From positions 32,054,001 through 32,118,000 of the forward strand of contig CM120642.1 of NCBI GenBank assembly GCA_051362555.1: DNA of 64,000 bases. Reading direction: 5' to 3'. The notes under the pieces were generated by a model. It was not told the origin of the DNA. It was given only the letters and a program-made list of their open reading frames with translations, and did no database searches. The stretch comes from Lingula anatina (Eukaryota; Animalia; Brachiopoda). Position numbers and translations under genes: made by a program. Positions 54,901-64,000 of the stretch are shown piece by piece; within the stretch, counting starts at the first letter, position 1; every line of letters starts with the position of its first letter.

Positions 54901-55659
54901 AGAACGGGTCGCTAGCATTAACGGTTCCCGAATTAGAGACAGTTTTCATTTTCGGTATTTTATGGCCGCTACTCCTGTGAAAATGCACCGATTGACCCCA
55001 AATTCACAGAGATGAAAGATGACCCAAAGGGTAACACTTTCCAATATAATTATTGGTTAAGTCTGTGTAGTGTCTGAATAACAGTGCAAATAATATTTTT
55101 TTTCGTAAAAAATTTCATTTTTTTGAAAATTTTGGCCCGTTTGACCTTGAAATAAAGGTCAAAGGTCAAATCCAAGGGCATATTTGAAATCTACACATAT
55201 GACTTTTGGAAAGCCGTCTGTAGAAAATTTTCCCATAATTCCTTCCGTAGGGTAGATAATTGGCATTGAATTTTCAAAAATTTTGACAAGGGTGCATTTC
55301 AAGGAGCGTCACGCCCAGGTCAATGTACCGACTGAGACAAAAAAACCTGGGGGTTCAAGTTGAGGTTATATGTGACCTAAATCCAAGAGATGGGGACAGG
55401 GGTCCTTGCGGTCTAGGAGGAGAAGCGGTAACGGTGACTTGTATCCGGCGCCAGTACGCGGAGCCGGCGGAGCTTACGGAGCCGGCGGAGCCAACGGAGC
55501 CGGCGGAGCCGGACGAGACGGGTCGGGACTAAAACCATGAGTACCGCCAGCGTACACGCTGGTGGTACTAAATACACAGACTTGTGGACTGGTTATCTAG
55601 CTCGTGTAAATGATTGGCTAAAGTATTTCAAATGGACCATTAGAGTAACAAAATTGATA

Positions 55660-55712
<53 letters not shown>

Positions 55713-58700
55713 ACAGAACTCCACAATTAACTCGCGTGATGTAAAGTTTATATAAAGACACTAGCCAAGTGTCTATAAGATTGGTAAGAATATACTTAAC
55801 AAAGAGTTGAATATCTTCTCAGACAACTTACCTCCAGTGAAGGTCTCCATGTTGTTGGACATGGGGTATTCAAACTCCCAGGCAGGTTTCTGAATGGACT
55901 CGCTGTCAGAGGCAGACAATGTAGGCAGACTAGGAGCAATACTAGCCCCAGATTTCTCAAAGTTCAAATTCTGCAGGAATTCCGGGATCACTATAGGCAT
56001 ATGGATGCTCTCCAACTCCTCCGCGGCACTCCCATAATTCCTGACTGTGTCGAAGTTGTTCAGCGTGTTCACGGAGTCGTGCGTACTTGGCGTGTACGAG
56101 GCGGGACGGTTGGGGACAGGGGGCGGTCGCGGGCTGGGAGGAATGTTCGGAACCACTGCTGCTGCATCAATGTTGCTGAGTTTGCTTCTGGTGTACTCTT
56201 CCTGGTTACAGTTCAGAATCATATTGTCTGTCTCGTTGTCCAGAGCATCTTGGCGAATCCTCTCCTGTCTGCGTTTCTTTCGTACAACATGGCGCCTCAC
56301 CACCACAAAGATGATGACGATAAAAAGGATGCCAACCACACAACCTGAAATCAAACATTTAATTCACATTTACTTTCTTTTTTTCCTAAGAAAATATATT
56401 TCATTAATTTGCAGTTTTTCTTTTACGAAATGCCCTGATAGAGAAATGTAAGCAGCACATTTAGTGTACTGGTCTACAAATTTACTCAAGGAAATATTTG
56501 TCCAACGATCTTGATCATGATGATGGTGATGTTGGGATGTAAATGAAGATACTCACCTGCTGTGACAGCTATCTCCTCTATATCAAAGCCAACTCCAAAT
56601 TTGCCCGCGGTGACAGAGACAGGGAAGTCTATGACGTCACACAGGTCACCTTGACCTCCTTTGGTACAGTTACAGATGAAGCCACCATAGGTGTTGTGAC
56701 AGCTGCCTCCGTTCTTGCAGGGATTTCTCACCTTGCACTCGTCAATGTCGTACTCACAGTGAGGACCTGAAAGGGACAAGATTTGGATCACAGTTTTTTT
56801 TAGACAATTAGTTAAACCTTCCCTAACTCTGATATATTACATACACAGCATTTACCTAAAACCATGAACAATATAAGTATCTCTGTTATAGTCTATCTGC
56901 AATATCTGAAGTATGTGAGAATATGTATACGGATAAACACGCACTAAATGTGAATAGTAAAAGAAATTCCTACAAAAGATTCTATTAAACAAAATAGTAA
57001 GCATACCTTCAAAATTGTTCCCACAGTTGCAAGTGGGCCCAGTCAGGCCCTCGCTGCATACTCCTCCATTTTTGCAAGGGTTGGGCAGACAGTAGAAGCC
57101 ATAATCACACCTCTTGCCTGTGATCTGCCCCTTACAGTGACAGCGGAAGTCATTGGACAGATTAATACAGGTACCTAAAGGAATAACAACTGGATTACTA
57201 TTGGTCCTTTTAAAACAGTGACAGTGGAGGTCATTGGACAGATTAATACATGTAATTGGTGGAATATATCACAGGAAAGTAATTTCTGACCCTGTGACAA
57301 TCTCATTCATTTCTACTGACAATCTTTAAACAAAAAAGGGAGAAACTTTACACTGATTATCTAAAATAAACATATTCTGCGTCTCATTTTGAATTTATCA
57401 TGGAAGATGTCAGTGAGTGTTTCCTTACCTCCATGTAAACAGGGGCTGCTAGCACAGGGGTCCTTGTCAAACTCACAAGTCGCCCCCTTAAAGCGGGAGT
57501 GGCAGTCGCAGCGGAATCCAGAAGACTGACCTGGTGTTGGGGTGCATGTGCCTCCATTATGACATGGAATACTGCGACACACCCCTACAATATAGAGAGA
57601 GTTATAGCGGGAGTGATGACAAATGCAAAAATTCTTCAATCTTGATATGACAAATTAAAAATTTTGGTCTAAATTAAATGACAACTATTAATTTTTTAAC
57701 TGATTTATATTATGAAATTTCCACTGAACATTTTCACTTAGTGACCCATGTATACATAAAAATATATATGTTTTTCTTTTTTCATTTATGAAGTATCTGA
57801 CGTGTATGAAAACAAATGTCCTAAAAAATATAACAACATGGATAAATACTGACCTATGCCAGGCAAATCTGCATCACAACTAAATTTCACATTGGATAAC
57901 TTCTGCACTGTTGCAACAGCATTGCTGTTCTTATATGGTAATATCTGCCCCTTGACCTTCACCTCCTTCATACAACCCAGGAAGCTCTGCCGTATGGTCT
58001 GCGTGCTGTCTTGTACTTCGGCACCAAAGTACACAGAGTTCCCATACAGGTTTACCACGATGTGGGTCCCTGGGGCATTGGCCTCATCTGTGAACTTGTC
58101 GTCAAGCGTGAGGGTAGCATGGTTGCCATGGCGTTCTACTGTGATTTTGTGCCAGCTGCCATCGTTGATCTTCTGCTGAGAGATTCTGACCAATCCTGGC
58201 CCGCTACCGCAGTCAAAGCGGTACTGGATGTAGCCATTGGACAGCTGCAACAGTGTCCAGTTAAAACATTACCAACCCTCAAGTATGCTTTGTAGGTGTC
58301 TTTACATTCTACCAGTGCATTACATTTCTTACATAAAATTTCAATATGTAGGCACAGGCAACAATCAGTTTTTAATTTTTGGTTCTAAAATGTTTTTGAT
58401 AGCTTAGCACTCACTTATCACTTTACTCACCTCTAGCACACTGAAATCAGACTCCCCTGTGGCATACATCAACATGGCAGATGCCTGCAGGGTGCGAAGG
58501 CTCATAGACAAACTGAGGCGGCGACGGATGGTCTCCTTCAGTATCCAGTGGGCAAAACTATCACCTGCAAAGGGAACATAGACATTTTGTTGTTATTATT
58601 ATTAATGATCATCTACAGATATACCAATTCCTTGATATGGCTGTAGTTGAAAAGAATGCATTTCAAACTCTTTTTAACATCAAGATTAACCACATACAGA

Positions 58701-61700
58701 CCAAGTGCAATAAGTTTACAAATCTAAATATGGTTCTGTGCCCTTACGTGTGAGAGTGTGGGGGCATATAAAGGCAGAAAACTGCCAAGAAAAAATAAGG
58801 AAATGTTCACCTCTGAAATTATATGACAGAGTAGAAGAAAAGGTTCATGTCTAAAAAATACAGAGACATGTGGTTTGCAAGAGAACGTTTTAAAACGTAC
58901 AAGAGAACAAATTTACAACCTTACAGTGACAGCAGAACACTGGTGACAGAATAAGAAATGCACCTCATACCTGAGAACATGAGGGGTTTCTGCTCCATAC
59001 ACGTGGAGTCCAGGCAGTTGTTGATGTCCTCTGGAAGATCCATCAGACACTTGGGTCCCGTCTTGCCACGCGGACAGATACACTTGTATCCATTCATATC
59101 TGGTTCACACTCTTTGTATGCTGGGCATGGGTTATCAGAGCACTCGTTGATCACCTGTGAGCACCTGTCACCACCATAGCCCAGCCTACAGCGGCATTCT
59201 GGGACCAGTTGGAACTTCGCAGCCACGTAGCTCTCACTCTCGGTGATGATTGGCTGAACTTGGCTCCTGTCAAAATGGATCATCATTTCACAGGAGCCTT
59301 TGTCGCAGTCGTCACGCTTGCAGACATCGTCCACGATTTTTAAAATTTGCACGCCCATTTCCGTTTCCATTCTGTCTTTAGCTTGGGTCAGCTTTCTATG
59401 CAGAGCTCTGCGTTTGTAGTAGGTGCTACGAGATTTCTCAACAGCCAACAGAACATCAAGATCTGAGCTGACATCTCGTTTTTCTCGGACTTCTGGTGTT
59501 GTCAAATGTGCAGGCTGCACGCTGAGAATATAGATGTCCTGAATGCGTGGGGTCAATCCCTGCCAGAGGATCTGCCTGAACTTGTTCTTATGTAGTGTAA
59601 TAAACTCTTCAGGGAGCATGTTCTTAAAACGGATGGCCACCGCGTGCTCCACCATGTCCTCAGTGATGACAGACACGTCCAGCTTCACCTCTCCATAGGT
59701 GACAAATTTCCCATCCGTGACGCTGACATTCAGGATGTACATGCCAGCATCCAGCCCACTGAAGGCAGTGATGGTACCATTCTGCTCACTGATAGAAAAC
59801 AGACTTCGATCAGAGACCAAGTTATAGGTCAGTTTATCGTATGTGTCCCTGTCGACAGCCTTGATCCTCCCAATGGTGCCTCCTGGAAACTCATCCAAGT
59901 ATGAGCTAATTGATAATGTCAGTGGGGTAATCTGAGGCGGATAGGTCGGCTCTTCAATGATCCTCACAGTGACGTAGGTGTCGGAGAACAAGCGAGGAGT
60001 GCCGTTATCATGGACCCGCACTATCAAATCGTACACATCTTGTACTGTGCGGTCAAACGTTGCCGTGGTGATCAACACACCATTGTCGTTGATGCGGAAC
60101 TCGTTGTTGTAGTTTCCTTCAATGATGTTAAAAGTGAACGGCGGCCCATTAATCCTGGTGTCCTGGTCACTTACTATGAACCTCAATGTGGAAAATCCTG
60201 CCTCACGATCCTCCTACAAAATCAAAAAGGTTTTACTGTAAAATTTATATCAACGAAAGAGATATAACTCTGGCAAATGTAGTTTTTCTTGCCAATTCTT
60301 GTTTTCAGATTGATCAAGTTTAATTTCTTATCTATGGTAAAAGATTTGTTTTGTGAAAAAAAAAGTATTCTGGTACTACGGAGATCCCCAAAGAAACTCA
60401 TACCTGCAAATTTAAGCATAAAACTAAACTGTAGTACTTCTGCATATTTAACATGCACACACATATACACATACACATACACATACATTCTAACAAACAT
60501 GCTTAAAAAACAACATGTACTTAATTTGCACATCTGACCTATTTACACATAACTACACCTACATTACATTCATTCACACTAACATATTAACTATACATCT
60601 ATTATTTCATTCAAGACAAAGTACTACATATTTCTTTTATTATTTAGAACACAGATATCATGTGTTAAAAATAATAACAGGTTAAAGACTTTTTTAAACT
60701 GAGAATAGATATAATGAATAAGCAAGTAACTATCCCTTACATATGCTCAAACTAATAGATTCAATTTTATCTTACTTTCTGAACAAAACCTTATAATGCA
60801 GTGAAACAACAACATCAACAGGAATGAGAGTATTATGTATTGAAATGTGTTTGATTTGCCAAAAGATGATCTGAATCAGAGCAAAGAAATATACCAAGCA
60901 TGTTCATTGATGTCATTTGTTTGAATCTGCACTGAGACATATTGGAGCATAGTGTATAAGAAACAAGTCTATCTTTGCAATTAATCAACAACAGTTTTTA
61001 AAATATAATTTCCAAAATCAGGTGGTGTTACAATACAACAGTTCTCATTCCCAAATATGTGACATGAAATGTGACAACAATAAAAAACAAGCAAAATGTT
61101 AATATTTCAGACATTCTTGTGATCAGGCATCCACTGACATCATTCACAAAATGCAGAAACTAATAAAAAGCATTGTGACATCGCTGCAGGTGACATTATA
61201 ACATAAAGCTTTCAAGACCACGAGATGCAAAAGTGACGCCATACAACAGATGGTGACAACACAAACAAACGCCTGGTGACAACACAAAACATGGTGACTT
61301 CACACAGCCCTGAGTGAAATGCAAGACGTGCAAATGCATGAGCACGCATGCATGAACATACTCTGATTGCTTGGGTGTCTGCGAGCACTCGACGTCGTAC
61401 ACTCCTACCCGTCTCGTCAACCTTTTGAGGTTGAAAGGGAAGCAAACGAAAACAAAATTTGTGGAGTTTTCTACTTGTACCACTAAAAGTACTGGTAATC
61501 AAGATACATTCTTTAATTCAAAGCATGTAATTATGTTGAACAAAACCATTCACTAGAACACTATAGAAATATTTGGATTATAACCAGTCATTCTCAGGCG
61601 GCTGTGAAGTTGTTCATAGCCCGAGCTAAAAAAACTCTGTTAATCTGCAAGTTAAAGCCAGGAAGCATGGCCAGTCACGATTCTCAAGTGAGGTATCGCA

Positions 61701-64000
61701 TCATCATGCCTTATATTAGAATCTGTTTATTTGTGAAGTGAAAATATATCATATATCTTTAAATCATAATTATCAAAATAAATTCATTCCAATACAGATA
61801 CTGTTCAAACAAAAGTATCAGCACTAGTACATAGTTTTTTTCTTTTAAAAGGTATTATTTCAAATCCTCTTTTGGTATTTCCTCTATAGCCTAAAAAATA
61901 CACCCTTTATCAATTTCCAGATTTGCTATCTTATGCTGAACCTTTTGAAACAGCCTCTACAGAATACTTCTTTACAAAGAATTAGTCTCTCCAGCCTATG
62001 AAAGAAGACCACTTCTCATCCTGCACCCCTCCCCCATGGTGAATAAAATAATAAAAACATGTCACTTTACCTGTACCACAGCTGTGTAATTGCTCTGAGA
62101 GAACTCTGGTGGGTTGTCATTGGCATCGCCCACCTCCACAATGACCACTACATTAGTGGACAGGGGTGGACTGCCCTGGTCAGTGGCGGTCACTTCAAGA
62201 CTGTACTTGGGAATCTGAAGAGGTGAGATTTAATATGACATATTTATAATACTGCCTTCATATCAGACCACTAGGTGGCAGCACCAAACAGTGACAATCC
62301 AGATAAGCGCAGCTACAGTAATGAAGTTCCAAAACTGATAATTATTCAAGTACATTGCACAATTTACTTATTAATTCAATCTTGCCATTAAATGTAAGCT
62401 ATAAGTGTGATATCAACATTTCGCAGGAGAAAATCAGTTAGAACTTCAAGACAAAAATTCATTCACAACCTGAATATAACACTATAGTAATTACCATTTC
62501 TCTATCTAGAGCCTCCTGAACCTTTATTTCTCCTGTCTTGGGGTTAATTTTAAACTGAGCCAGTTTGTCCCCCTTGGTGATGGCATAGGTGATGGCAGCA
62601 TTCTCGCCACTGTCTCGGTCATCAGCCTGCACCTGAATACAGCAAGAAGAAGTGTCACTATGAGGCTGAACAGATGGTGGGGGTGTTATTCTGTGGTCTG
62701 CTATGCTTGTGTGTCACAGATGTGACAGAATTATTGTCAGCTGTGACAGTGTGTTGATTGTGTTGGGTGTAGGTATGCTGATTGTGTCAGTTGTGATAGT
62801 GTGTTGATTGTGTTGGGTGTAGGTATGCTGATTGTGTCAGTTGTGACAGTGTGTTGATTGTGTTAAGTGTGACAGAGTGCTGATTGCGCTAGTTGTGCCA
62901 TTCCTATATTTACCTGTATAACACTATATCCCACATCGACATCTTCCCTCAGAGACACACTGAACACTGCCTCACTGAAGATAGGAGCGTTGTCATTGTA
63001 ATCTGTCACGTTTATCCTGACGACCGCCTGGTCACTCAGAGGAATCTGGCCGTGATCTCTGGCCTCAACGGTCAGCACATACTCCTTGACCAGCTCATAG
63101 TTCAGCAGCTTTCGAACTGTGATTTCACCTGAATAATAAATTACAAAATAATTATAACTATTCAATATTTTCAGTGAATATCTTTATCTCTCTTTAAATG
63201 ATACCTATAAGGATATTTTTTTATTAAACAGACTTATTAACCCAAGGCATTTCTGAATACCTTCCCAGAACATTTCAAGACTTAATAAGAATAGTGAGAT
63301 GGAAGAAAACAACGGAGCTGAATAACTTTTTCAAGTCTGTTTTTGGAACATTTCACACACTATCCAGCAATTTTCAAACTCTATTCCTCTCAGAGCAATG
63401 ACACCATTCAAAATTCCTCAAACTTTATACAAGACTTAAGATAATCACCCCAAACCCCTTCTCACCTGTCTCTGCGTCAATGGCAAATACACCTTGGTTG
63501 TTCCCGCCCACAATGGAGTAAGCAATCCTGGCGTTTTCTCCGATGTCCTTGCTAGTGGCCTTCACAGTGGTCACCACACTGGTCAGCTGCTTGTCCTCAC
63601 GCACACTCACCGCGTACATGGACCGACTAAACACTGGAGGGTTGTCGTTGATGTCCGTCACGCTGACCAGTAGCTGCGCGGAGGAAGTCAAGCTGGGAGT
63701 ACCCTGGACGGTGTGAAGTTAAAATTTATGATTTGTTTTCTTTTATTATTTAATGTATGTATTTATCTTCTGAGCCTGAATAATACTGACTTGAAGTAAA
63801 AATTGTTTTACTGTAAACTTCACTTATTCAAAACAAGGCTACAACTCATTTGTTATTTCAATAAGAAATGTTTGGGACAAATAATTTTCATGTTTCATTT
63901 CATCTTTAGTAACCAGATACTATTCAAACATGATTCCTCACCTTATCATAGGCATACACTGTAACATTATAGAAGGCCTTGGTCTCCCTGTCCAGTGAAC
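48955..64000 (-). CDS. FAT1: FAT1/FAT3-like atypical cadherin, 3' part (last cadherin repeats, EGF repeats, laminin G, TM, cytoplasmic tail); 5' end lies beyond the window
   Basis: Cadherin motifs DINDNPPVF, DYNDNAPIF and DANDNPPEF; REKR furin-like site; EGF repeats; LamG exon (YRFDCGSGPG...INDGSWHKI); TM VVGILFIVIIFVVV-RRH; tail motifs RPASYTPS, NYGSAAEELE and GYHWDASDW; C-terminal PDZ ligand HTQV. Confidence 0.93.
53236..53382. repeat. 21-bp minisatellite (TATCAACAYTGTATCAATACA) directly following a FAT donor site
   Basis: About 7 tandem units are visible. Confidence 0.85.
53533..55572 (-). mobile_element. Non-autonomous Helentron-associated (HINE/DINE-1-like) element with an internal 146-bp tandem array, inside a FAT intron
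   Basis: On the minus strand: TTT, then sub-terminal IR GTACCACCAGC within a palindrome (55540-55569), a GGCTCCG-type short repeat tract (55458-55515), about 6 tandem copies of a ~146-bp unit (53915-54760), the matching IR (53572-53582), a terminal hairpin GAGGCGGTATCGCCTC and CTAGTTT. Confidence 0.75.
62740..62875. repeat. ~54-bp tandem repeat (2.5 copies) in a FAT intron
   Basis: TGTGAYAGTGTGTTGATTGTGTTGGGTGTAGGTATGCTGATTGTGTCAGT repeated. Confidence 0.8.

Noticed and set aside
55323-55532. ORF with AEPAELTEPAEP repeats
   Set aside because: Lies in the short-repeat tract of the HINE-like element and is not a gene.

Overview
Eukaryotic, intron-rich, AT-rich genomic DNA with GT-AG introns, microsatellites and MITEs. 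It comes from an invertebrate animal, probably a marine lophotrochozoan such as a mollusc (inference from repeat types and gene content). Ten protein-coding genes can be spliced together by hand. In order: valyl-tRNA synthetase, probably mitochondrial (+, 5' end outside the window); UCHL5/UCH37 (-); two tandem paralogues of an unrecognised 240-285 aa protein (+); a catalytically degenerate chitin-deacetylase-like CE4 protein (-); NDUFB8 (+); a small secreted 8-Cys FGFBP-like protein absent from the ORF track (+); a WSCD-type sulfotransferase without WSC domains (+); an N-terminally acylated, bacterial LpxH-like metallophosphoesterase (-); and the 3' part of a FAT1/3-like cadherin (-). Three observations stand out. 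(i) The duplicated orphan genes share a conserved promoter rich in NF-kB and IRF/ISRE motifs, with added STAT/GAS and AP-1 motifs in copy 2, which suggests an undescribed immune-inducible effector pair. (ii) The LpxH-like phosphoesterase has introns and an MGC acylation signal. (iii) The FGFBP-like protein ends in KSEL. All gene models are manual and unverified by transcript data or database searches.
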